Shown: positions 18,704-28,182, counted from the first letter of the stretch. The stretch: 64,000 nt of DNA from Gemmatimonadota bacterium (GCA_003222085.1 QHUK01000010.1:67688-131687), one strand, 5' to 3'. Notes: a model not told the origin generated them from the letters alone. Made by a program: numbers and translations.

Positions 18704-20131
18704 TCAGTGCACGGTGATACTCGCCTGGCCTGTCTTGCCTTCGCTCGACGCCCGGAGGAACGCGCTGCCGACCCCTACCGGTCGGACGATGGCAATCGGG
18801 TTCGTGCCGCCCTGGAATTGGATGACGAACACCGAGGTGTCGGTGCTGAACCAGGAGACCTGTCGCCCGGAGAGCAGCGTGCCATCGACGTCGCGGAGCT
18901 CCGCCGTGAAGTACACGCTGTCGCCGACCGAAAGGCTGGCCGTCGAGGCTTGCACCGTCACCGTCGCCACGGGAGCCCCGGGCGAGCCGACGACCTCGAT
19001 GGTGATCGCGTCGCTCAACGCGCCGCTCGCGGCCGTGATCGTCGCACGTCCTGCCTGACGGCCCGTCACGCTCGTCACCGAGTCGGTTCCGGACGAGACC
19101 TCCGCGATCGCGGGGGCGTCGCTCGTCCACGTGACCACCGGGTTTAGGACCGGGCGGCCGCTCGCGTCCCCCACGGCGACTCTCAGCAAGATCGTTCCGC
19201 CGACGCCGACCGACGTGGGCCCCGAAATCTTGATGTAGGCGCCCCCTGATCCTGCCCTCGGAAGGACCACGGACAGGGTCGCGGTGTCCCCGGTGGTCAC
19301 CTGGACGGCTGGGCTGATCACGGCGTCGAGCCACGGATGATCGGCCCGCTCGATCCGCACGAGGTAAGTGCCCGCGCGTACGAACGCCACCTTGTAGCGT
19401 CCTGCGTTGTCGCTGCGACCGCTGGCGACAACGTTGGTCGCGCTCTGTGAATCGCAAGGACTACGGGAGCACACCGTGACGCTTGCGTTCGGGACCGGCT
19501 CCACCGGTCCGTTGTCATCGGTCGTGACCGTGCCCGCGATAGTGCCGGTCGCTGCAGTGCTGATCGCCCGCAGCCAGGGGAAGAGCGTGAACATCTGCGT
19601 GCCGTACAGGTCCCACAGGAAGCTCCGGCCGAGGTCGAAATCGATGACGATCTCCGCGCCCTCGCTCGAGACGTTCACCGGATAGTCCACCGAGGCGTAC
19701 AGCGGCATTTCGTTCGACGCCGAGTAGTTGTTCCAGTTCACGGGCACCTCGCCGCCGAAGCCCTGGATGGACGACAGGCTCGTGTCGATCGTCATCCGGA
19801 TCGCGTGGTACTGACCCGCCGGGATCTCCCCTTCGCCCAGGATTGCCGTCGTTCCCTGCTGCAGCTGGAGCAAGTCGAACGTCCGCCGCGGCTCGGCGAT
19901 CACGATCCAGTCTCCGCCCGTCGCGTCCATCTGGGTGCTCGCCTCGATCCGGACGACGTACAGGTTTACGCTCGTGACCGAGTCATACGGGAAGGGGGCG
20001 TCGGTGAGCAACACTTTGGCGAGGGGCTTCCGGGACGCCGGCCCGTTGCTGGAGTCGTCCTGATAGCACGCGCTCCCGCCTGCGAGCAGTACGGCGGCGA
20101 TCACCGGCAAGGCTACGCGTCGCGACATCAT
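18704..20131 (-). CDS. lipoprotein with DUF4382-like, carboxypeptidase-regulatory-like and two Big_2 domains
   Basis: Lipobox LLAGGSAC. Two C-terminal segments of the ATITA...ITVxV type resemble bacterial Ig-like group 2 domains. Confidence 0.7.
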   Translation of the reverse strand: MMSRRVALPVIAAVLLAGGSACYQDDSSNGPASRKPLAKVLLTDAPFPYDSVTSVNLYVVRIEASTQMDATGGDWIVIAEPRRTFDLLQLQQGTTAILGEGEIPAGQYHAIRMTIDTSLSSIQGFGGEVPVNWNNYSASNEMPLYASVDYPVNVSSEGAEIVIDFDLGRSFLWDLYGTQMFTLFPWLRAISTAATGTIAGTVTTDDNGPVEPVPNASVTVCSRSPCDSQSATNVVASGRSDNAGRYKVAFVRAGTYLVRIERADHPWLDAVISPAVQVTTGDTATLSVVLPRAGSGGAYIKISGPTSVGVGGTILLRVAVGDASGRPVLNPVVTWTSDAPAIAEVSSGTDSVTSVTGRQAGRATITAASGALSDAITIEVVGSPGAPVATVTVQASTASLSVGDSVYFTAELRDVDGTLLSGRQVSWFSTDTSVFVIQFQGGTNPIAIVRPVGVGSAFLRASSEGKTGQASITVH

Positions 20132-20212
20132 CGCTCCTTGAGGAATGGTGGCGGCTCTGCCTCAGATACCCAGCCTCCCCTGGCCCGCGTCACCCGAGCA
20201 GGGTAGTGTGAC

Positions 20213-20785
20213 GTGGGGATCGTCTCGATGGGTATACACAGCGTGGGGACGAGCGACGCCGCTCTGGTGCGCCGTGTGCAGGCCGGCGACACCGGTGCCT
20301 ACGCCGATCTCGTCGCGCGGTATCGCGATCGCCTGGGCCGGTACGCGCTGCACATGCTCGGAAATCGGGAGGACGCGGAAGAGGTGCTGCAGGACGCCTT
20401 CGTCCGTGCCTATCGCTCGCTCGCGCGCTGCGACGATCCCGAGCGCTTCGGCGCATGGCTGTACGGCATTCTGGTGAACCGGTGCCGCACGGCGGGCGCG
20501 CGCGCCGCGCGCCGGGCTCAGCGATTCGTGTACGACCCCGCCGCCCTCGAGGGCGCGCCGTTGCCCGGACCGGACGGACGGACCGAGTGGGACGACGTCG
20601 TCCGGTGGGCGCTGGCGCGTCTTCCATCCGAGTCGCGTGAGGCGTTCCTCCTCAAGCACGTCGAGGAGCTCGAGTACGAGGACATGGCCCGGCTCACCGG
20701 CGCGGGCGTCTCCGCGCTGAAGATGCGCGTGAAGCGGGCGCGGGAGCAGCTCCAAGCGATGCTGAAAGAGGTCGAGCGTGTTTGA
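20213..20785 (+). CDS. ECF-type RNA polymerase sigma factor
   Basis: Sigma-70 region 2 (DAEEVLQDAFVRAY) and region 4 (EYEDMARLTGAGVSALKMRVKRAR). Confidence 0.85.
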   Translation: MGIVSMGIHSVGTSDAALVRRVQAGDTGAYADLVARYRDRLGRYALHMLGNREDAEEVLQDAFVRAYRSLARCDDPERFGAWLYGILVNRCRTAGARAARRAQRFVYDPAALEGAPLPGPDGRTEWDDVVRWALARLPSESREAFLLKHVEELEYEDMARLTGAGVSALKMRVKRAREQLQAMLKEVERV

Positions 20786-21332
20786 ACCCGTGGACGACGC
20801 GATCGAACGGATCGCGCGGCACCTTCGACGGCCGGTGCGGATCGACCCGGCGCTCGACTCGCGGGTGATGCGCGAGATCACCACGGTCCCACAGCCCGGC
20901 GGCGCGACGCTGCTGGGAGCGACGTGGCGCTGGCTCAGGCGCCCACACCGGGTCACGCTCACACCGCTCGGCGGACTTGCGGCGGCTGCCGCCCTCGCCG
21001 TCGTCGTCCTCCTCTCCCGGACGGACTCCCAATCGCCCGCTCCCCCGCAGACGGAGTCGCGCGCCTTTCAGTTCGTCCTCGTCGCTCCCCGCGCGACGCA
21101 CGTATCGCTCGTCGGGGACTTCAACGACTGGGATGCGACCCGCACACCGATGCGCCGGGCCGGAAGCGAAGCGCTGTGGACCGTGGTGGTGCCGCTCGCT
21201 CCCGGGCGCTATCACTACGCGTTCTTCGTGGACGGCGCGCGCTGGCTGGCCGACCCCTCGGCGCCCGTGGCCCGCGACGAGGATTACGGCGCACCCAGCT
21301 CGGTGCTGACCGTGGGCGGAGGGGGCTCATGA
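20778..21332 (+). CDS. single-pass membrane protein with a C-terminal glycogen-binding (AMPK-beta/CBM48-like) domain; candidate anti-sigma factor
   Basis: The start overlaps the sigma-gene stop. One TM helix. VSLVGDFNDWDATRTPM...GRYHYAFFVDGARWLADP. Confidence 0.65.
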   Translation: MFEPVDDAIERIARHLRRPVRIDPALDSRVMREITTVPQPGGATLLGATWRWLRRPHRVTLTPLGGLAAAAALAVVVLLSRTDSQSPAPPQTESRAFQFVLVAPRATHVSLVGDFNDWDATRTPMRRAGSEALWTVVVPLAPGRYHYAFFVDGARWLADPSAPVARDEDYGAPSSVLTVGGGGS

Positions 21333-21967
21333 CGTCCGCCCTCACCCGCACGGCGCTCCCGCTGCTTGGGGCGATACTGTTGGCAGGAGCTGCAGCTTCC
21401 CAACAGACCGATCCACGACTCGAGCGGCTGGACGCCGGCACGCGGCCGACCGTGGCGGCGCTCGTCGATTCGGCGCATCGAGCCTTGCTCCCCACGGAGC
21501 CCCTCGTGCAGCGCGCGCTCGAGGGCGCGACCAAGCGTGCGTCGGGGGACCTGATCGTCGCCGCCGTGCGGCGTCTCGCCGTGGACCTGGGCCGGGCCCG
21601 TGACGCGCTTGGGTCGACAGCCTCGGCTGCCGAGCTCAGCGCCGGCGCAGCAGCGCTGCACGCCGGGGCGTCGCAGACGATCCTCGCCGAGCTGCGGCAC
21701 GCTCGGCGCGAGCCCCTGACCGTGCCGCTCGCCGTGCTGGCCGATCTCGTGGCCAGCGGAGTTCCCGTCGATAGCGCCGCTGGCGCCGTCCTTTCCCTCG
21801 CGGGACGGGCCAGAGACGCGGACTTGGTCGAATTCCGACGCGCCGTCGAGCGTGATATCGCGCTCGGGGCGCCTCCCGCGGCCGCCACCGCAGCGGCGGC
21901 GACGGCGACGGCGCAGATCGTCGACGTGAACGCGGGGGCCCGCCAGCAGCGCCCCGGCCGCCCCTAA
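21329..21967 (+). CDS. secreted hypothetical protein (Ala-rich, helical)
   Basis: ATG overlaps the upstream stop (ATGA). Signal peptide LPLLGAILLAGAAAS. Confidence 0.55.
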   Translation: MTSALTRTALPLLGAILLAGAAASQQTDPRLERLDAGTRPTVAALVDSAHRALLPTEPLVQRALEGATKRASGDLIVAAVRRLAVDLGRARDALGSTASAAELSAGAAALHAGASQTILAELRHARREPLTVPLAVLADLVASGVPVDSAAGAVLSLAGRARDADLVEFRRAVERDIALGAPPAAATAAAATATAQIVDVNAGARQQRPGRP

Positions 21968-21971
21968 CTCT

Positions 21972-23132
21972 GTGCGGCCAGCGGCGGCCGCCCGACATGT
22001 CTGGACCGCGTCCCTCACCGCGGCAACGTCTCTGTTACCCGTTCGCGCCCCCGTCGCGCAGACCACCGGGACCGTCGACCTCGGCGTCTCCATTGTGCGC
22101 TACGACGGCTTCCTTCCCTCCGGCGCCGTATCCCTCACCCCGACCCTCACTTGGGAGCGGCCCGGCACCGCCGTCACGGCTCGCGGCACCTACCTCCGCT
22201 TCGAAAGCGGCCGCCGGAGTGTGCAGGGACTCATCGCCGCTTCGCTCTTCACGCCACCCAGCTTCCTCCGGCACCGCTGGCGTGGCGAGCTCTTCCTCTC
22301 GGCGGGCGGAAGCAGCTACGCCGACTTCGCGAGCTTCTGGCACGCGACCGGTGAGGCCCGGGTGCATTTGGTGACGGCGAACCGGGGAGCGTGGATCGCC
22401 GGCACCGGAGGCCGCACCTCGTACGGCATCGCGCCCCGCTCCGTCGCGGTCGCTGGTTTCGGCGTGTGGGCGCGGCGCGCCTGGGTGACGGTCGCCACGT
22501 CCGTCACCCGATCGTTCGTCGGCGACACGGCGTATAGCGATGTCGGGTCGACGATCCACGCGAGCCGGGGCCGCTTCGAGCTCAATGCGTCGTTCGCCGC
22601 GAGGGTGTCGAGTCGCGGTGGCGGTCACGGCGTGTACGGCGAAGCGGGCAGCACCTTCATACTGGGGGAGCGCACCGCCCTCTTCATCTCGGGGGGCCGC
22701 TATCCGACCGATCCCGTCAGCGGCAGCGTGGCGGGGCGCTACGCGAGCGCAGGGCTACGCCTGAGGACGGCGCTGCCCCGACCACGCGTCATTCGCGATC
22801 CGCAGCCGCTCAGTCGCTCGCCTGCCGACGGTGACGGTGGCGCGGGGTTCACCGCACGACTCGAAATCCAGCCGGCGGGCGACGGCACCGTCCGGGTCGT
22901 CCTCTACGCTCCTGCGGCGGCGACAGTCGACGTGGCGGGTGATTTCACGGACTGGCGGGCGGTTGCGCTCCGCCGCGCGGGCGAGAGCACGTGGGAATGC
23001 CTGCTCCCCATGTCGAGCGGCGTGCACCGGATCAACGTGCGGGTCGACGGTGGGAGCTGGACTGCGCCGGGGGGGACGACGCGCGTGGCCGACGAGTTCG
23101 GTGGCGAAGTGGGAATCGTCGCCGTGCCCTAA
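21972..23132 (+). CDS. putative outer-membrane protein with a C-terminal glycogen-binding-like domain
   Basis: Alternating beta-strand-like N-terminal region. C-terminus VDVAGDFTDWRAVALRR...GVHRINVRVDGGSWTAP. Confidence 0.6.
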   Translation: MRPAAAARHVWTASLTAATSLLPVRAPVAQTTGTVDLGVSIVRYDGFLPSGAVSLTPTLTWERPGTAVTARGTYLRFESGRRSVQGLIAASLFTPPSFLRHRWRGELFLSAGGSSYADFASFWHATGEARVHLVTANRGAWIAGTGGRTSYGIAPRSVAVAGFGVWARRAWVTVATSVTRSFVGDTAYSDVGSTIHASRGRFELNASFAARVSSRGGGHGVYGEAGSTFILGERTALFISGGRYPTDPVSGSVAGRYASAGLRLRTALPRPRVIRDPQPLSRSPADGDGGAGFTARLEIQPAGDGTVRVVLYAPAAATVDVAGDFTDWRAVALRRAGESTWECLLPMSSGVHRINVRVDGGSWTAPGGTTRVADEFGGEVGIVAVP

Positions 23133-24343
23133 CCGCGCCCACCGGCGAGTGCGGCCGCCTCGGGCCGGCGCCGCAGGGCCAGCATCGCCCACACACCACC
23201 CGCGGGCCCGAGCGCCAGGAGGCTCATGCTCCAGCGCCACCCCACCCGCGCCGCCACCCACGGCAACAAATAGATCGTGAGACAGGTCAGGAGGAACCCC
23301 AGACTCGTCTGGAGCGTGAGAGCGGTCCCCACGAGCTCACGAGGAGCCAGCTCACTCACCGCAGCGGAGAACTGGGCCGAGTCCGCCACCACGGTGACAC
23401 CCCAGACGAGGAGCAGCGGGACCAGCACGACGAGCGGGCGCCCGAATGCGAGGCCCGCCGCGAGCGCGCACGCGCCCGAAAGCATCATTGCCATGCTGGT
23501 GATCAGGGTGCGGCCCCAGCGGTCGCCGAACTTCCCCCCCAGCCAGCACCCCAGCGCGCCGCTGCCGACCACCGCGAACGTGACGAGGGCCGGCGCGCGC
23601 GCTCCACCCGCCGCCGGATCGCCACCGGTGCGGGCCAGTTCGCTCGCCGCGACGAACGCGGCCAACCACGTCCACATTGCGTACAGCTCCCACATATGGC
23701 CGAGGTAACCGAGGTTCGCGAGCGACACCGCGTGGTCCGCGAGGATGCGCGGCGCCGCCCGCCAGCTGAACGGCGGCGCCGCAGCGGCGAATGGGCCGTC
23801 ATGCGGCACGAGCAGGACCAGCAGCCCCCCGACGACCGCCGCCGCCGCCGCGATGACGAGCACGGGCCGCCAGTGCTCGGCCGGGACCGCCCAGCGAACG
23901 AGATGGGGAAGCGCCGAGCCCAGCGTCAACGCCCCGACGAGGACACCGATCGCGAGTCCCCGACCTTCGCGATACCACCCGGCGACGATCTTCATGCCCG
24001 GCGGATACACCCCCGCCAGCGCCGCGCCGGTGAGCATCCGCAGCGCGATCCCTGCTACGGGGCCCGGCGCCCACGCCACACCGACGGTCGCGAGACCGGC
24101 GAGCCAGGCGCAGCCCGCGACCAGACGGCGGGCGGACCAGCGGTCGGAGAGGGTGAGCAGCGCCGACACGAGCGCGCCCGCGACAAAGCCGAGCTGCACC
24201 GAGATCGTCAGCCACGCCGCGCCCACGGTGTCGAGGCGCCACAGGCGCGAGAGCGTAGGTGCGACGGCGGACGCGGAAAACCACGGCGCCATGCCGCACA
24301 GCTCAGACGCCGCGAGCAGGGCCAGCACGCGGCGCGCGCTCAA
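23129..24343 (-). CDS. MFS transporter
   Basis: Multi-TM hydrophobic pattern. TTG at 24343 overlaps the upstream stop; GTG at 24325 and a later ATG are alternatives. Confidence 0.7.
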   Translation of the reverse strand: MSARRVLALLAASELCGMAPWFSASAVAPTLSRLWRLDTVGAAWLTISVQLGFVAGALVSALLTLSDRWSARRLVAGCAWLAGLATVGVAWAPGPVAGIALRMLTGAALAGVYPPGMKIVAGWYREGRGLAIGVLVGALTLGSALPHLVRWAVPAEHWRPVLVIAAAAAVVGGLLVLLVPHDGPFAAAAPPFSWRAAPRILADHAVSLANLGYLGHMWELYAMWTWLAAFVAASELARTGGDPAAGGARAPALVTFAVVGSGALGCWLGGKFGDRWGRTLITSMAMMLSGACALAAGLAFGRPLVVLVPLLLVWGVTVVADSAQFSAAVSELAPRELVGTALTLQTSLGFLLTCLTIYLLPWVAARVGWRWSMSLLALGPAGGVWAMLALRRRPEAAALAGGRG

Positions 24344-25092
24344 AGACCGGTCGGATGATCGAGAAACGTCCAAGGCAAATGAAACCGGGCGTGGAGGTGC
24401 TCGGCGAGCGCCTTGACGCCCACCGTCTCGGTGGCGTAGTGCCCTGCGTAGAACACGTTCACCTTCAGCTCTTCGGCGTCGAAAAACGTGTGGTGGGGAC
24501 CCTCGCCCGTGACGAAGGTGTCGAGCCCGGCGCCGGCGGCCTGCGCGATCATCGAGCCGGCCGCCCCCGTCACGATCCCCACGCGCTGCACCCGCTCCGG
24601 CCCGAACGCCATCAGTCGCGGTGCGCTTCCCATGAGGGTCGCCAACCGGCGCTCGAGCACCGGCCGGGAGACGTCGATCTCTCCCCACACGCCGATCCGC
24701 ACCCCGTATTGCTCGCCGAACTCGCCGCGCAGCGAAACGCCGAGCTGCCGCGCGAGCACCGCGTTGTTGCCGACTTCGGGATGCAGATCGAGCGGAAGAT
24801 GGGCGCTGTACAGCGCGATGTCGTTCGCGATCAGACTCGCTACCCGTCGATAGGCGCGTCCCGTCAGCGGCTGGAGCCCGCCCCAGAACAGGCCGTGATG
24901 CACGAGCAGCAAGTCGGCCCCCTGCTCCGCCGCCAGGCGCACGGTCGCTTCGCACAGATCGACAGCCACCGCCACGCGGCTCACCGTCCCCCTGTTCGCG
25001 ACCTGCAGCCCGTTGACCGCATGGGGAGCGTCGGGAACGGCGGCGACCCGAAGGTAGCCATCGAGGTACGAGACCAGCTCGGTGAGTTCCAT
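24340..25092 (-). CDS. Nif3-like dinuclear metal centre protein
   Basis: NGLQV, LLLVHHGLFW and LYSAHLPLDLHPEVGNN. ATG at 25092 follows GAGAGG; GTG at 25104 is an alternative. Confidence 0.8.
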   Translation of the reverse strand: MELTELVSYLDGYLRVAAVPDAPHAVNGLQVANRGTVSRVAVAVDLCEATVRLAAEQGADLLLVHHGLFWGGLQPLTGRAYRRVASLIANDIALYSAHLPLDLHPEVGNNAVLARQLGVSLRGEFGEQYGVRIGVWGEIDVSRPVLERRLATLMGSAPRLMAFGPERVQRVGIVTGAAGSMIAQAAGAGLDTFVTGEGPHHTFFDAEELKVNVFYAGHYATETVGVKALAEHLHARFHLPWTFLDHPTGL

Positions 25093-25136
25093 CGAGCCTC
25101 TCACCTCTGGCAGTATGGAGACATTATCTCACCAGA

Positions 25137-25238
25137 TTATCGACAGTGAGGCGGGACTCCCACACCACAGTGGTAGCTAAAGTACTACAGCATATAGAGA
25201 TAAACAATCCACACGCGGAGGGGCGAGTGTGTGGATAT
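25137..25238. promoter_or_regulatory. three DnaA-box-like 9-mers in an AT-rich spacer
   Basis: TTATCGACA (25137-25145) matches TTATCCACA at 8/9. CAATCCACA (25205-25213) matches at 7/9. ATATCCACA, the reverse complement of 25230-25238, matches at 8/9. Confidence 0.25.
25207..25236 (-). terminator. putative intrinsic terminator after the bactofilin gene
   Basis: 8-bp stem ATCCACAC/GTGTGGAT, followed on the minus strand by TTGTTTATCTCT. Confidence 0.4.
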
Positions 25239-25246
25239 CTAGCACG

Positions 25247-25657
25247 TTAGTAGGTCCGCTGCGCCCCCGCCTTCTCGACGGTCTCCGCTTCGAGGGCGGC
25301 TTCGCCCATGCGCACGACGCCGTTGATCTCGCCACCCTCCTGTACCAGGAGGCGTTTCGCCGCGATGTCGCCGTGCACGACGCTGGTGGACTGGATCTCG
25401 ATGCGCTCGTCGGCGCGGATCGAGCCACGCACTTCGCCCCCGATGATCGCCTCGCGCGAGATGACGTCGCCTTCCACTTCCCCACCCTTCCCGACCAGCA
25501 CCTGCCGGCCGGCGCGCACCGTGCCCACCACGGTGCCTTCGATTTTCACGACACCGTCCGCGCTGATGTCGCCCACGACGCGCATGCCGGTCCCGATGAT
25601 GGACAGTCCGGATTCCGACTCGAGCCCCCCCTGCCCCTTCTCGGTGAACATCGCCAT
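25247..25657 (-). CDS. bactofilin
   Basis: Repetitive beta-helix pattern (G.V.G.I.A..V.I.G.V.G), AGGAGAA SD, and only 1 nt after the M23 stop. Confidence 0.85.
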   Translation of the reverse strand: MAMFTEKGQGGLESESGLSIIGTGMRVVGDISADGVVKIEGTVVGTVRAGRQVLVGKGGEVEGDVISREAIIGGEVRGSIRADERIEIQSTSVVHGDIAAKRLLVQEGGEINGVVRMGEAALEAETVEKAGAQRTY

Positions 25658-25658
25658 G

Positions 25659-26462
25659 TCAGTTCTCCTGTTTCACGACCGTGAGGGGATCGAGCGACTT
25701 GCCCTCCCGGCGGATCTCGAAGTGGAGGTGCGGCGCCGTGGATCGCCCGGAGTTGCCGGAAAGGGCGATCACCTGGCCCGCCTGCACCGAGTCGCCTTCT
25801 CGCACCAGAAGGCGCGAGGCATGCCCATACATCGTTTCATACCCGCTCGAGTGTCGCAAGAGCACGAATAGTCCGTACGCCAGGTCGGTACCCGCCGCCT
25901 CGACCGACCCGCCGCCGGCGGCACGAACCGGCGTTCCGGGGGGCACGGCGATGTCGATGCCGGGATGGGACTCGGCCACATCGCCTGGCCGCACCTGGCC
26001 CCGCGTGACAAAGCCTGCGATGTCGAGGGGCCAGTGCGTGGGCTCCGCCGGGCCCGGCTCGTAGCGCAGCGGCGCCGACGGTGGACGGGCGCGGACCGCG
26101 ATGGCGCGCACGAGGTCTCCGGTCGGGGCCGCCGCCCCCTTTTCCCGCGGCCCTCGCACGCCCAGCATGGTGCGCAGCTCCTGGTAGTTCGCCTCGGCTC
26201 GGTTCAGCGCCGCGGCGAGCTGCTGCACGCGGCTGTTCTCCTCTTCGAGTCGCGCCACCTGGCGCTCGAGGCCGGGCACGCGGGCCGCCGCGCGACCGAT
26301 CGGTCCGGCGAACGCGAAGAACAGCACGACCAACAGGCCGACGAGGAGCGCGCTCCACTTCCCCGCCTCGAACGCCCACACCGGGACACGGTACTGTCGG
26401 GAGGCGAGGTCTCCATCGGTGTGGAGGACGATGGTGACGTGGCGATCTTTCCGCTTCGTCAT
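25659..26462 (-). CDS. membrane-anchored M23 (LytM-type) peptidase with a coiled coil
   Basis: ATG overlaps the parB stop (ATGA). TM helix, coiled coil, then HPGIDIA ... GNSGRSTAPHLHFEIR. Confidence 0.85.
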   Translation of the reverse strand: MTKRKDRHVTIVLHTDGDLASRQYRVPVWAFEAGKWSALLVGLLVVLFFAFAGPIGRAAARVPGLERQVARLEEENSRVQQLAAALNRAEANYQELRTMLGVRGPREKGAAAPTGDLVRAIAVRARPPSAPLRYEPGPAEPTHWPLDIAGFVTRGQVRPGDVAESHPGIDIAVPPGTPVRAAGGGSVEAAGTDLAYGLFVLLRHSSGYETMYGHASRLLVREGDSVQAGQVIALSGNSGRSTAPHLHFEIRREGKSLDPLTVVKQEN

Positions 26463-27352
26463 CCGTCGAACGGCGCGCCGAGAATCAGCTCCAGGAGCCG
26501 CGCGAGATCGTCGTTTGAGTAGAAGTTGAGATGGATCTGTCCCTTGCCCTTGGCGCGGAGCGTGACCCGCACGTCGGTGCCGAGGCGGCGGCGCAGCGCC
26601 TCTTCGATGCGACGCACCTCCGGCGCCTGTCCCACGCCCTTCTTGAGGCGCGGGCGGCGGACCGGCGCACGGCCGCCGCGCACCCGGTCCTCCACCTCGC
26701 GCACCGAGAGCCCGAGGTCCACCGCCTCCTTGGCCAGCGAGGTGGCGACCCGCGCGTCCGCGAGCGCGAGCAACGCGCGCGCGTGCCCGACGGAGAGCCC
26801 GCCTTCGTGCAGGAGGGCGAGCACTGTTGCGGGAAGCTTGAGCAGGCGAAGCGCATTGGCCACTGTGGAGCGGTCGCGCCCCACCGCGTCCGCGACGTCT
26901 TGCTGCGTCAGGCTGAATTCCGCGATGAGGCGCTCGTAGCCGCGGGCCTCGTCCACGGGCGAGAGGTCGTCGCGCTGCAGGTTCTCGACCAGCGCGAGCG
27001 TCAGCACGGTGCGGTCGTCCACTTCGCGCTTCACCGCGGGGATCTTCTCCCACCCGAGGGCCTGGCACGCCCGCAGCCGCCGCTCGCCGGCGATGAGCTC
27101 GAAGCTGCCGTTGCCGCCGGGGACGGGGCGCACCACGACGGGCTGCAGCAGACCGGCCTTGCGGATGGACGCCTGGAGCTCCTCGAGCGCTGCGGGGTCG
27201 ACGTCGCGGCGTGGCTGATAGGGGTTGGGGCGGATATCGGCGATCGCCAGCTCGACCAGACTGCCCTCGCGCTCGGCTTCCTCGCGCGTAGGCCCGAGGA
27301 GGGCTTCGAGGCCGCGGCCGAGACGACGGCGACCTGCGATGGTTTCCGTCAT
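26459..27352 (-). CDS. parB: chromosome partitioning protein ParB
   Basis: LGRGLEALL and the GERRLRA box. ATG overlaps the parA stop (ATGA). Confidence 0.9.
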   Translation of the reverse strand: MTETIAGRRRLGRGLEALLGPTREEAEREGSLVELAIADIRPNPYQPRRDVDPAALEELQASIRKAGLLQPVVVRPVPGGNGSFELIAGERRLRACQALGWEKIPAVKREVDDRTVLTLALVENLQRDDLSPVDEARGYERLIAEFSLTQQDVADAVGRDRSTVANALRLLKLPATVLALLHEGGLSVGHARALLALADARVATSLAKEAVDLGLSVREVEDRVRGGRAPVRRPRLKKGVGQAPEVRRIEEALRRRLGTDVRVTLRAKGKGQIHLNFYSNDDLARLLELILGAPFDG

Positions 27353-28182
27353 GCGGGCACCTCCGGCAACGGTTCAGCAGCGGGCGGGGCAGGGGGGTGG
27401 GAGGGCACGGCGCCGTGCTCCACGCGCCCGATCAGCTCCTGCGCCACCGCCAGGTAGCTCTTCGCGCCTACCGATTGCACATCGTACAACAGGATCGGCT
27501 TCCCAAAACTCGGCGCCTCGGCGAGGCGCACGTTGCGCGGGATCGTAATACCGAACATCTGCGAGCCGAAGTATTCCTTGGCCTCGTCGGCCACCTGCTT
27601 CGAGAGATTCAGCCGCGCGTCGTACATCGTCAGCAGCACGCCATCGATGGCGAGCGCGGGGTTGAAGTTGCGTTGCACCAGCTTGACGGTGTTGAGGAGC
27701 TGCGAGAGACCCTCGAGCGCGTAGTACTCGCACTGGATGGGAATCAGCACGCTGTCGGCGGCCGTCAGCATGTTGAGCGTCAAGAGGCCGAGCGAGGGCG
27801 GACAATCGATCACGATGTACTGATACTGGTCGCGGAAATCCCGCAGGGCGCGTCGCATCATTGTCTCGCGCCCTTGCTTGGTGACGAGCTCGAGCTCGGC
27901 CCCCACGAGGTCCTGCGTGGCCGGCACGACGTCGAGATAGGGAAAGTGCACGTGGGTGAATCGCGCGTCGGAGAGGGAGCGACCATCGAGCAACGCATCG
28001 TACAGCGAGTGGCGGATGCGGTCGCGCTCGATGCCGACGCCGCTCGTCGAGTTGGCCTGCGGATCGGCGTCGACGAGCAGCGTCTTGCGCTCCGCCGTGG
28101 CGAGCGACGCGGCGAGGTTCACCGCCGTCGTCGTCTTTCCGACGCCGCCCTTCTGGTTGGCGATTGCGATGACGCGCGACAT
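27349..28182 (-). CDS. parA: chromosome partitioning ATPase ParA/Soj
   Basis: Deviant Walker A NQKGGVGKTTT. Confidence 0.9.
   Translation of the reverse strand: MSRVIAIANQKGGVGKTTTAVNLAASLATAERKTLLVDADPQANSTSGVGIERDRIRHSLYDALLDGRSLSDARFTHVHFPYLDVVPATQDLVGAELELVTKQGRETMMRRALRDFRDQYQYIVIDCPPSLGLLTLNMLTAADSVLIPIQCEYYALEGLSQLLNTVKLVQRNFNPALAIDGVLLTMYDARLNLSKQVADEAKEYFGSQMFGITIPRNVRLAEAPSFGKPILLYDVQSVGAKSYLAVAQELIGRVEHGAVPSHPPAPPAAEPLPEVPA

Noticed and set aside
20132-20212. ECF-type autoregulated promoter (GGAAC-like -35 / CGTC-like -10) upstream of the sigma gene.
   Set aside because: GAGGAAT and CGTCTC strings are present, but their spacing and position relative to the start do not fit convincingly. 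The call would be too speculative.
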